The notes: generated by a model from the letters alone, not told the origin. DNA of 64,000 nucleotides from Hyaloraphidium curvatum SAG 235-1 (GCA_025558095.1 JAIVFI010000004.1:186001-250000); one strand, 5' to 3'; numbered from the stretch's first letter, positions 9,970 to 20,955 are shown. Made by a program: numbers and translations.

Positions 9970-12900
9970 TCAGTACGCCCACAGCTTCACGCCGCGGAAG
10001 TAGCCCCGCTGCAACCGCGGCGCCGCAAAGTCCTCGGTCCGCCCGCCCTGGAAAGTCTCAAAGCGGATGCCGGCAAACACCGAGGCTTTTTCTGTCCGGA
10101 GCACCAGCTTCCGGAAGTCGATTGCCGGCCGCTCGGGAAACTCGGCACCGTCCGCGGCCGCCCACAGGACGAGCACGCCGTCTCGCACGGGCCGCCCGTC
10201 CACGTCGAACGAGTTGAGCTGCACGTACTGCCGCAGCCGGTTCCAACGCCCGGGCTGCAGCGCGAAGGAGCCTCGGCCGAGGCTGTCTCCGTATGCGTCC
10301 CCGCAAAGGCTCCAAGGCGGCAAGTAGCAGTACTCGGGATCCTGCCACCGGGGGCCGCGCATGTAGACCTCGGCCTGGCCATTTCGTCGCCACTGAGGGC
10401 CGGCAAAATCGATGGTCAGATATCCAGTTGCGAGGTGACACCCGTGATCGACCCACCATGAACCGAGTCGAGAAGCATTCAGGCCCGTCGTGCTTCTTGG
10501 CACACTCCTCTGGCCCACCCAGCAGACCCGGCAGTCTCCCACCGCCGAACCAGTCGAAGTCAGGCGCGAAATAAACCTCGTACTCAAGCATGATGCCCCG
10601 AGCTCCGCGCACGTCAATCGGTCTCGCCAAGAAAGACGTGCCACCTCCCGACACCAGGTCCCACGAGCCCCTCGGGTACCGAACCGCCATGACCAAATCG
10701 GACGTCTGCTTCGTCGGATCTGTAGCAAGCTCGCGGTTGAACGAGTTGACGGAACGCGTGACGTTCCAGCGCTCCAGGTCCAGCCGCTCCCCGAATCCGA
10801 AACGCGCAAGCAGCCTCGGGGTCCATCGTCGGAAGCCCCACGACGCCTTTGGCGCCCCCGAAACGATGGCGCCGCCGGCGGAGTCCTCGCTCGGGACCGT
10901 CGGGTCCTCGCCCGTCGGTGTTGGCCGCTCCGGCTCCCGTTCCGCACTGCTGTCCAGCCGACGCAACGCAGCAACCCGTGCTCCGTCCCGCTTGAAGAAA
11001 CCCGGAGGAGCCATGCGTCGGAGAAGGGTGGCAGTGGTCGTCGGCGGAGGCGCGACCGTGATCTTGGACGCGATTTCCGTCAACGGGTTTCCGGGCTACA
11101 AATCGGCATGAGCAACTTGGAGACCGATCCGAGCTGCCGTGCGACACGTACCGTAGTCGTAGTTGTGGAGAGCGTTGTGGTTTTGGTCGTTGTTTTGGTC
11201 GTTGTGGTAGTCTGATCGAAACACGCGGCGTCAGATGCGGGCACTTCCGATTTCGAACCGAGGAATTCTCACCGTCGTGGTCTTGGTGGTTGTCTGAGAA
11301 GAGGGTAAGGAAGCAAGCATGAGTTTCGGAAACAAGGGGAGAAAGCCATGACGAAGCAAAGGCCTACCGGAGTCGGGGTGGTGGTTTTGGTCTGCAAGCA
11401 AGTCAGCCTCAGGTAAACGGACGAGCGTGCGAGAACCTACCGTAGTCGTTGTTGTCGTTGTTTTCGTCGTGGTCGGCGTCGTCGTTGTAGTAGTCTGTTC
11501 GCGCCGGCATGTTCGAAGAGTCAACGCACGCAACGGCAGCAAGCAACATCCGAAACGCACCGTTGTGGTCGTCTTGACGGTGGTTGTGGTCTTCGTCGTA
11601 GGGCTCGGCGTCGTCTGCGGGAATCACGGATGAGCGTTCGACGCCAAGACGAAAGTGGCAAGAGTACCGTTGTCGTGGGCACCGTCGTCTGCAGGTTAGG
11701 CGTGGTCAGCAAAGCACAAAAGACGTTCAGGAAAACGAAGGACACACCTTTGTGGTAGGAGACAGCGTCGTCGTTGTCTGAAGATCACCGAACGAAGATC
11801 AGATCCCGCAGCGGACTCGTGAGGGGCAAACCCACCGTCGCGGCTTTAGTTGTGGTCTTCACCGACGTCGATGAGGTGTCCAGGGTCGGCGTCAGCGTGT
11901 TCGTGTCGGTCGCCGACGTGGTCTTGCCCGTGGCCGTTCCCGTCGCCGTCCCCGACTTGGTTGTCGTCCCGCTCTTGGTCGTTCCTGTCGTCGTACGCCC
12001 GGTCCTGGTCGTCGTCGTCCGCGAAAACGAAATGGTCGAGGTGCTCCGCGACGTGGCCGTCAGGGTCGTGGTTGTGTTCAGCGGCGCCGTCGGGTAGCCC
12101 TTGTTGAGCTGGGTGCCCGCGATCACACCGCCGATCAGGCCCAGGAGCGCAAGCAGGCCGAGCACGCCGAGCAGGATCATCGCCAGCTGCCGCAGCCACT
12201 TGCGCCGCTCAGCCTCCTCGTCCTTGAGCGGCTCGGTCATGAGGGGAGCTTCCCGGACCCCGAAGTTGGGATCGGGCACCGCCGGCGGGGGCATGCTCCC
12301 CGGTCCCATCGGGGCGATCGGAGGCAGGCCGACCGGGATGGCGTCCACCGTCTCCTCATCGTCGTCCGTGTACTCAGATTCGTCGTCGGTGTACTCCGAC
12401 TCGTCCTCGTCCGTGTACTCGTCCTCCTCCTCGCCTTTGTTGAAGCTGACGATCCTGCGGGCGCGGATCAGATGCGTTCACAGCCACTGGAAGCAAGTGA
12501 CCAACCTCTGGAGATCGTACGTCTGCGTCGCGGCATCGTATCCCGCCAGGATGTCGTCCATCTCCTCCTCCACCTGCGGCATCGGCAGCGGGTCCGGCGC
12601 CGGCGGCAACGGGGCCAGCGGCGGGGGTACGTACGGCGGCTCGCCGCCGCCATCCATGGCCCCGATCCCAGCCACAGCCATCGCCGTCACAGCGTTTCCC
12701 GTCCAGTCTGCCGGCGGCTCCGGCGACCCGGCCTTGCTGCCGGGGAGCGGTGACGACGTGGGCGGGAGCGGCGGCGCGCCGAGGATCGACTCGGGATCGT
12801 AACCGACCCAGCTCGCCTCGGGTCCCCCGGGTCCGGGGAAGTTGAGCTCGCTGCCTTGGGCGTACCCGGCGAGCAGAGACTCGGGCCCCTGCGTCGCCTG

Positions 12901-14915
12901 CGGCCCGGCGCTGGTCGCGGCATACCCGCCAAGCACAGATTCCTCCGCTCCGCCGCCGCCGTAGTCGCCAACGAGCGCGCTGAAGGTCACCCCGGAGCCG
13001 ACAGTATCCCCCCTCTGCAGATCCGCACCAGGTCCACCCTCGGCGCCCGCGGGATCGTAGTCCCCAGGCGAGTTCCAAACCGCGCCCTGCCCGTCCGCAA
13101 GGCCCGAAGCGACAGCCGACGGGGCCAGCGAGGCAGCCGACGCCCGGTTGTTTTCCGACGGCGTGATGCCCAGGGCGCGCAGCTCAATGTCCGTCACGGC
13201 GCGGGAGGGCGAGGTGTTGGCGAGCTCCACGGGACGGAGGTCCTGTGGCGTGGGTGCGCGCCGCGAGGGCACGGGCGACGGCGCCAGCGCCGGCGCGGGA
13301 TCCGCCGGGCCGGCCGAGGTGCTCGCGGCTGCCGCAGCCGCAGCAGCCGCAGTCGCCTCGTCGTCCTCGGCCTTCTTCTTCTCCTTCTCCGTCGACGGCA
13401 TAATCCCCATGGCCACCAGCTTGGCCCGCATCCGCTCGATTTCGGCCTGGGTCTGCTCGCTGCGCTTGCCGGCGCGAGGGTTGGCGGGTTCCTTGCCCTT
13501 GCCCTCGGTCGGAGAGTCCTTTGGCGGCGGGGTGGGTGCGACCGAAGGCGGTGCAGGGGAGGGAGCCGCTGGGGAGAGTCCGCCGGGAGAGGGTTCGGCA
13601 GGCGAGCCGTCGCGGTCATGGGCCGATGCGGAAGCGGCAGATGCGGCGACGGAAGCAGCGGCCGCGGCCGTCAACGCTTCCGGCTGGATGGAAGGGGAGA
13701 CGCCCGAGCCCATCTGCGAAGCCGAGGGCGACTTGGGCGCCGAGGCGGCGGCCGAAGGCACAGGCGACCCCGGAGGGGCGTAGACAGGCGACGGGAAGGC
13801 CGCCGCCTTCTCCTCCACATCCCTCACCGACGCCGGCACCGAAGGCTTGGCGCTGCGCCCCGAACTCGAAGCGACCGACGGGGCCGGTGAGGGAGATTTG
13901 GCCGCCGTAGGGGTGCGCGGTGGCTCCGGGCTCGGCGCCGGCGATGGGGGAACAACTGCGACCTCCGGGCTCTTGGCAATCGGGGGAGGAGGTGCGGCGG
14001 AAAGAGAGGAAGCCGGCGTCGCGGGTTGTGAAACGTGAGAAGGAGAGGGCACCGCGGCCGGCGCCAGGGCGGGGGAAGTCGGGGCAGAGATCGCCGGTTG
14101 GGGCGAAGGCCGTTGAGGGGAGGGCGGTTGAGGCGACAGCGGTTGAGGCGATGGCGGTTGAGGCGAGGGAATGCTCCTTGCCGGAGCTGAGGCAGGCACC
14201 ATTTCCACCACGGGCACCGGTTCCGGCGTCTTTGCCGGCACAGAAGGTACCGGCGATGCCGCCGACGGCGGCGGTACGCCCATGTTGGTCCCCGTCATGG
14301 TGCTTTCCGCGTACCCAGCGCGCGGGTCGACCTCGCTCATCGCCGACAGCCGGTCAAACACGTCCGACTCGTCGCCCTGCGCGGCCGGCGGCGGCACGTA
14401 CACCGTCTTTGGCGCCTCGAGCGACCGCAGCAGCTTCTCCTCCGTGCTCAGCGGCTCTGCTGCCGGCGACGGCGCACCCGAGACGGGGCGGCTCTGCGAC
14501 GGCGACGGTGCGCCCGAGCCAGGGCGGGTCTGCGCCGGCGACAGGCCGCCGGGGTACGACGACCGCGAGTTGCGGTTCATCGTGCCGCCGGTCTCCTTCG
14601 CCAGCTGCTGGTAGTGCGGGCGGCAGAAGAACAGTCCGTTGAGCGTGGCATAGTTGCCCAGCTTCAGCGCCGTCCCGCACTCTGTGCATTTCCAGCAGCT
14701 GCAAAAGCGAGTTCCAAAAGGCAGATAGGAGAACCGTGGCAGGGTGGTCGGTTAGGGAGGAAAGGGCGCGGCGGCGCAACCGGGCGGCGGGCGCGGCGGT
14801 TAGAGCGGGCCATCGGGCGGCGCGGCGCCACGCACAGCTTGTGGAACGTCTTGTCGTTGACGGTGATGCTCTCCGCGGGGTACGCCTTGCGGCCGCACGT
14901 CTCGCAGGTCGCCAT
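9970..14915 (-). CDS. LIM domain - Pro-rich - acidic - TM - Thr-rich stalk - PL14 polysaccharide lyase-like protein (~1405 aa, 12 exons)
   Basis: Exons 14836-14915, 12506-14698, 11836-12454, 11748-11777, 11668-11688, 11561-11614, 11441-11494, 11368-11391, 11273-11293, 11152-11211, 10457-11095 and 9970-10392. All introns are GT-AG and the frame stays open (4218 nt). LIM pattern CxxC..H..CxxCxxC..CxxH. TM ILLGVLGLLALLGLIGGVIAG. PL14-like motifs GGRLPGL.GG, FSTRFMWR..GQAEVY, GDSLGRG.F, ETFQGG. Confidence 0.8.
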
Positions 14916-14993
14916 CGCCTGCTGAGGCCCTCAGGGCGCGGGTCTCTATCCTCCGTCGCCGCCTCGGCCCGGACACCCCGCGCCGTGCGGCGC

Positions 14994-15001
14994 TATAAAT
15001 A
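14994..15001. promoter_or_regulatory. TATA-like element upstream of the LIM-PL14 gene
   Basis: TATAAATA (TATTTATA on minus) embedded in very GC-rich DNA, ~80 nt upstream of the ATG at 14915. Confidence 0.35.
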
Positions 15002-15195
15002 GGCGGCCTAAGCCGCGGGGCACTCCGCCCGGCCCACGGACTGGCGCGGAGGCGTGAGTGGTCCCACTTGTTTACGCCCCGGGCCGGCGAGGGACGACAC
15101 CGCCGCAGCGCTTTCATCACCGCCAGTCATCGCCGCCCATCCACGCATTTACCCGCCGTCCTTGTGGCATACACAGTCCGCTATGAGACAACAGC

Positions 15196-16112
15196 CTACA
15201 TTTCTGGCCTGGCCCGTCGCCGCGGGCTGCGCACCAGCGTGTCCGCCGCGATCTTCCTCGCAAGACCCTCGATCTCGACGTCCTCCTCGGCCGGTTCCGG
15301 GCTGGCCGAAATCCCAAGCCGATTCAAATCCCCACTTTCGTCGCGCAGGATGTGGTCGAACGCCGTCCGTAGACCTGCGACGATCCGCTCGTCGCCGACG
15401 TGGGCAGACAGCATCGCGGCCTTCTGGTCCGCGGCCCGGGCGCCCTCGCCGGCTTCGGGGAGCAAATAGAAGTGCAGGAGCTCACAGAGCTTGTGCCTTG
15501 TGAAAGGTCCGACGGATTCGTTGAAGTTGAGCAGGGGAACAGAGAGAAGCACAGTCAATGCTTGTCGAGAAGGCCGTCCAGCAGGCCCCAACCTCACGTC
15601 TCTCCTCTTGCCTGCCTCCTTCACGTGTCTGGAAACCACTGCCAAACCGCCCAGCTCCTCAAACACCTTGGAGCCCGCCCGCATGGGTCAGCTCCGGTCC
15701 AACTCCATGCACACCTGGGCAACGGCCCAAAACCCACCCTGCACCCATCGGGCCAAACAACGACGCCCTGCAACACGTCCGCCGCCGCCAGCACCTCCTC
15801 CGGCTCCCCCTCCAGCAGCCCCAGCAAGCCCCCGACCCAGCCCCTGCTCTCCCCCAACCGCGCCCGGCACCGGTCCGAAAGCAGCCCGGCGCCCTCGCCG
15901 CACTCCACCGCCGCGATCAGTTCCGTGCCGTGTTCGGGGTCCGGGCCCGAAAGCGCCGATTCCAGGGCCTCGCAGAGGGGTTCGACGGCCGACGGGTCGG
16001 AGGGGAGCGCGGCGCCCGGGGACGCGAGCACAGAGCGCAGGCGCGACCAGCGCCCGGGAGCGGGAGCCAGGAGCTCACGGAGGCGGGAGGGGGCGATTTG
16101 CGCGGCAGACAT
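15196..16112 (-). CDS. Cdc14 SIN component-like (S. pombe cdc14 family) ARM-like protein
   Basis: Motifs DVLQGVV, VFEELGGL and KLCELLHFYLLPE...QKAAMLSAHV resemble the SIN Cdc14 family. At least one short intron near 15670-15737. Confidence 0.5.
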
Positions 16113-16630
16113 CGCGGGATTCGGGAGGTGTTGTTTGGTGGCTCCGGAGCTAGCTCTGCGGCGGGCGAAACCGCGTCACAGTAGGGAGGAGATGGCTGGC
16201 CCCTGGAAGCTTCGCTTTGCCGTCTAGTCTAGCTTGAGCAACGCAGACGAAGCTACACTAGCATGGCGGCCGTGTGTATGGGGCTTCCACGGATAATTCG
16301 TCCATCTTCCATCTTCTTGCCGCCCCAAATCCCTCGTGATTCGGCTCACCACCAGAGTCGTGCGGACTGATCGGCAATCCATACCACTTTTCCGAAGCTT
16401 GTTGGAGACCGAAATTCGCTGCTATGGGCTTATCGTGGATCGGTGCGCTTTGGTCGTCCTGGACCCTGCGGTCCGTTGCACAACACGTCGACGTGGCCCC
16501 GTGGCGCAGAAATTCGGAGCGGCATCGGAAGTTCGGCACCGGAATCGTAGTCTCTCGCACTCAATCGCGCTCTCCATGCATCCAAAGCCCCCGATCCATA
16601 AGTTCGTAATCCATATCGGGAAGGGGACTT

Positions 16631-16668
16631 TTGACTGACTGACTTTCGCTTGACTGACTGACTTTCGC
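16631..16668. repeat. Perfect 19-nt tandem duplication TTGACTGACTGACTTTCGC x2
   Basis: Direct inspection. Lies in the divergent intergenic region 16113-16892. Confidence 0.8.
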
Positions 16669-16892
16669 GTGCCTGACCGACGACCGACACAGTTTCGAAA
16701 GCACTGTGCTGCGCGAGCGGCACCGAAAGGAAAGACCGCTGCGACTGAAAGGCACATTTCGGGGCCTGCGAAGCTTCCCTCTGCGGCGGCGGCCCCCAGC
16801 TGTCAAGTACTGGACGTGCCGAAACGGTTCGTCGCCTGTCACGATGTCGGACCATCAAACTCACCGACGGCTCCCTCCGCAGGCTGCGGACG

Positions 16893-18010
16893 ATGTTCTC
16901 CCACGCGATCGCTCTGCTTCTCGTCCTGACCACGGCACTGACCGCGGGGCCGCGCCCGGCTTCGGCTCAGACCCAATTTGCCATCATCAATCAACCCCCC
17001 GTATGCAAGGACATCCACGGCCTGTTCGCGTGGACCAGCACCCCACCTTCCGGCGACCCCTGGCCCGGACCGGATGCGGGAGGGTTTGCCACGGTCGGAG
17101 CAGGCACGAGCAGGTTCTGGCCGTGCAGGCTCACCAACGCCCCCGGCGGTACTCCCCTTCCCGGATACTCGTCCAGCCTCGAGCCAATCAAGTTCTGCAA
17201 CATCGGTGTGTGCCCTTTGCCATCTGCTGGAGTGATGACGCCAATCGTTCCGGCATCAGGCTACAACGGTATCGAGATGGCCGGCGATCCGCCTTCCTCC
17301 CAATGGTTGACGAAATTGGGGCCCGGCCTCAGCGCAACCCTGAACTGGGTCAGTTTAGGAAACGTGGGCGCGGACCCGCCTGAGCAGTTCAGGTTCCCCC
17401 GCGGCTCCTTCGTGTCCGGCGGCACCGTCCCGGCGTACCCTGGTTCTGATCGAGTAATCTGCGCGGCCAGAGGATCCGAGCACCTCGGGCCTGGTCATTC
17501 TTCAAACTTCTTCATCGGATACTCTCAGCTCCCGTATCCCGGCTACCCCGATGACAACGGGGCCTGCTGGATCGGTGTCGGAGGCTCACAAAAGAAGTTT
17601 GTCACGGATGTGCACTTTTTGATGGTGACGAAGTTGGTTTGCCACCGGGGATGATTGGGTGCCGAGCTGACCATTCCGCACAGCCGCAGGTGCATCAACG
17701 CGGCGTCCATCACCACCACGACCACGACCTCGGTGTCGGTCTCGGTCAAGACAACCGTCACAACCGCAACCTCCACGGCCTTCCAGGTGGTCCCAGTGCC
17801 CACGACCGTCACTGCTGTGCAGACCGTCGTGCAGACCGTCGTGGTGCCCACGACATTCACCGTCAACCGGGTACAGACAGTGAGGCAAACGGTCTTCAGT
17901 GGGTGCATTCTCGAACAGGAAGGGAGCGGTGCAGTGACAGTGCGATGCTCATTGCAGAGACCAAAACCAAGACGACGACGCGGATCAAGACGATCACGAA
18001 GAGGGGATAG
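16893..18010 (+). CDS. Secreted protein with DM9/DUF3421-like repeats and a Thr/Val-rich, basic tail
   Basis: Signal peptide. 'LNWV...FVSGG...VICAAR...CWIGVGG' resembles a DM9 repeat, with a second degenerate copy upstream. Introns 17633-17683 and 17899-17957 keep the frame to TAG at 18010. Confidence 0.6.
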
Positions 18011-18184
18011 GGTGGATGGACGTTCGAGCTGCAGCTTTTTGTCTTTGGCCTTTGGATTTCGAGCTCCGTCTTTGTGTACCTACCTGTCGAAGCCACAGTC
18101 TATTATGATGAAATCCACGCGCAATGCGACCAAACGTCCATGTAAAGCGAACTTCCCAAGTCTAGAGCAGCACTCGCAGTGAGA

Positions 18185-18590
18185 TCACGCCGCCGAGCAG
18201 CACCCTCCGATCTGGCCCGCCGCAGTTCCCCCATACTTGCAAACCCCGTCGCCCGACCCCACGGCCCCGGTCGCGCGGTTGCAGGCCAGCGGCGGCGACC
18301 CGGTGAAGGCCGCCAGTTCGCTCGGCTTGTCGGCACGCGCGCAGACCGCCGGGCCGGCGATCGCGCAAAACCAGGTAACATAGTCCTTGCCCACGCAGCA
18401 CCCGTCGTTGGTGTCGGCGGCGTAGCGGGCGTACAGGGCGTGCCGATCGTGCACCGCGACGACGGCGATTGCCTCGTACGGGGCGTCAGGGTGGCGCGGG
18501 AAGTGCCCGAGGAATCCGAGCGCCGCATCGCGGTCAACCACTCGATCAGCTGTTTGTAGCGTAACTGGCTCACCTATTGATGCATCATCG
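18185..18590 (-). CDS. Small Cys-rich hypothetical ORF or gene fragment
   Basis: Open frame with a Cys-rich C-terminus (GCCVG..WFC..VC..AC..VCK..GCC). No convincing start codon or signal peptide. Confidence 0.3.
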
Positions 18591-18743
18591 ACTAGTTGCT
18601 GACATTCCTGCAGGCAGGTTCGACGAGGCGTGCTCGGCCCTCGCCACACCGAGTGTCCCGAGTCAAATTCCGCTCGCGGCCGACCCTCGCACCCCGGCGT
18701 CCCTCCACTAGCAATCGCGCGTTCTCCCTCGGTTCAAGGCGCG

Positions 18744-19598
18744 ATGCAGCCCGGCGTGCTGTCCGGCATTCGCGTCGTCAGCCTCGCGCTGAACCTGCCC
18801 GGCCCGGCGGCGCTGCAGCGGCTGCGCGCGATGGGCGCGGCGTGCGCAAAGGTCGAGCCGCCGGCGGGCGACCCGATGAAGAGCTACTCGCCGCGCGCGT
18901 ACGCCGAGATGCACGTCGGCGTCGACGTGCTGACCGCGGACATGAAGAAACCAGAGGGCCGCGACGCGGTGCACGCCCAACTCGCGCGCTCGGACGTTCT
19001 GCTCTCGTCGTTCCGCCCCTCGGCGATGATCAAGCTGGGCTTGGGTTGGCCGGATTTACAGAAAAATCATCCCGGACTGTCGCACGTCGCGATCGTGGGC
19101 GGGCCGGGCGCCGCCGCGGAGGACCCGGGACACGACCTCACGTACATGGCGGAAAACGGCCTCGTTGCCGGCAGCGAGCTTCCGCCCACGCTGTACGCCG
19201 ACATGGCCGGCTCGCTCATGGCTTCGGAAGCCGTGCTGCAGGCCGCCCTGCTCGCCCGCTCGGGGAGCAAAGTCGGCCGGTACTTTGAGGTGGCTCTTTC
19301 GGACGCCGCGGGCTACCTCGCGGCCCCGCGGCGGTGGGGCCTGACTACGCCCGAGGGCGCCGTCGGCGGGGCTCACGCGGGCTACCGTGTGTACGCGTGC
19401 AAGGACGGGCGGGTCGCTGTGGCGGCGCTGGAGAAGCACTTTGCCGCGAGGCTGTGCGAGGCCGCGGGGGTGCCGGGGGCGGACATGATGGATGGGCGGA
19501 CGCGCGAGGCGGTGGCCGCGTTCCTGGCGAGCAAGACGAGGGCGGAGCTGGACGCGCTGGCGGCGGACAAGGACATCCCAATGCACACGCTGGAGTGA
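18744..19598 (+). CDS. CoA-transferase family III (CaiB/BaiF), intronless and bacterial-like
   Basis: LSGIRVVSLALNLPGP, KVEPPAGDP, SDVLLSSFRP, GHDLTY, YRVYACKDG.VAVAALE..F. Confidence 0.9.
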   Translation: MQPGVLSGIRVVSLALNLPGPAALQRLRAMGAACAKVEPPAGDPMKSYSPRAYAEMHVGVDVLTADMKKPEGRDAVHAQLARSDVLLSSFRPSAMIKLGLGWPDLQKNHPGLSHVAIVGGPGAAAEDPGHDLTYMAENGLVAGSELPPTLYADMAGSLMASEAVLQAALLARSGSKVGRYFEVALSDAAGYLAAPRRWGLTTPEGAVGGAHAGYRVYACKDGRVAVAALEKHFAARLCEAAGVPGADMMDGRTREAVAAFLASKTRAELDALAADKDIPMHTLE

Positions 19599-19977
19599 TT
19601 CATCACGCGGGCCAAGCCTACCTAGTGCGACGACCTGGGGCGTTATTGCGCTCCTCGACGCCTTATCATCCTCTGCTAAAAGCTGAATCGGTCAATCACG
19701 GATTGATTCTCGTTCTCGGGTGATCGTGGCTGCCGCACGTCCACTGTACCTTGTGAAACATTCAAAAAAAGAGGCAAATGCTTCTGTAGTGCAAGATTAT
19801 CGGCTTGTCCAGCGGCGAGGTTGATTTTGAGGGGCTTCGTATCTGACAAATGGCGCAAGGGTCGATCGTCACTCCCCTGGGAGACACCGCTCGCGCCCCG
19901 CCCTTCCGTCCATCGCGGTCCCGCGCCCTCGAATCTCCACGCTTTTACCTCCTTCCGCACCGCGGAGACACCTCGCG

Positions 19978-20815
19978 ATGCCCTTCGCCACGATCAACGG
20001 CCAGAAGATCCGCTTCGACGATACGGGCGGCTCCAACCCTCCCGTCGTCCTGTCCCACGGGTTCCTGATGGACCGCACGATGTTCGCGCCGCAGGTCGCG
20101 GCGCTCAAGGACAAGTACCGCGTGATTACCTGGGACGAGCGCGGGTTCGGCGAGACCGAGTTTGACGGGAAGCCGTTTACGTACTGGGACTCTGCCCGGG
20201 ATTTGATCGGGCTCCTGGACCACTTGGGCATCGACAAGGCCGTCATCGGAGGCATGAGCCAGGTGGGCATTACGGCGCAGACGAGATTGGATTCAGGCTG
20301 ACCGGCGCCGACAGGGCGGATTCCTCTCGCTCAGGGCGGCGCTGACGGCCCCCGAGCGCATCCTCGGCCTGATCCTGCTCGACACCCAGGCCGGCGTCGA
20401 GGACGAGGAAAAGAAGGTCGCCTACGGGCAGCTCATCGATGGATGGGCGGCGAACGGCCCTGTGGACGAGATCGCCAACACGGTGGCCTTCATTATCATC
20501 AACGACAAAGTCGCGAACGAAAAATGGATCTCCATTTGGCGCTCGAGGCCGAAAGAGGGCATCATCGAGCCGGGCAGGTGCCTGACGGGGCGCGACGACA
20601 TCACCAGCCGGCTGGGCGAGATCAAGGTGCCCGCCCTCGTGGTCCACGGGATTGACGACACGGCCATCACCATGGACAGGGCGGAGATCCTGGCGGAGGG
20701 CCTGTCGGGCTGCGACGGTGTCGTCAAGGTGGCCGGGGCGCACGCCGCCAACCTGACGAACCCGGAGCCGGTCAACGAGGCGATCCTCGGCTTCCTCAAA
20801 AAGGTCTACAAGTAA
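19978..20815 (+). CDS. Alpha/beta hydrolase (3-oxoadipate enol-lactonase-like), bacterial-like
   Basis: SHGFLMD, WDERGFG, nucleophile elbow GMSQ/GG split by intron 20263-20314, HG.DD, AHAAN. Confidence 0.9.
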
Positions 20816-20955
20816 GAAGGGACGCTTTTGATTCCCTCTCAACCCCTGGGGAGGGCGACAAGCTATCTACTGTTTTCGGTGATTCGAGGAGGAGGTCGGC
20901 TGTAAACAGAGCTCCAAGAGGCTGCGGATCGCCGTCCTACGCCTGGCCATTCGCG

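Noticed and set aside
11100-11840. Regularly spaced repeat/spacer-like pattern resembling a CRISPR array or a frameshifted pseudogene
   Set aside because: The repeats are Thr-codon microexons with GT-AG boundaries, not identical direct repeats. There are no cas genes and the context is eukaryotic.
18744-20815. Bacterial contaminant contig segment
   Set aside because: The hydrolase has a spliceosomal intron, and composition and flanks are continuous with host genes.
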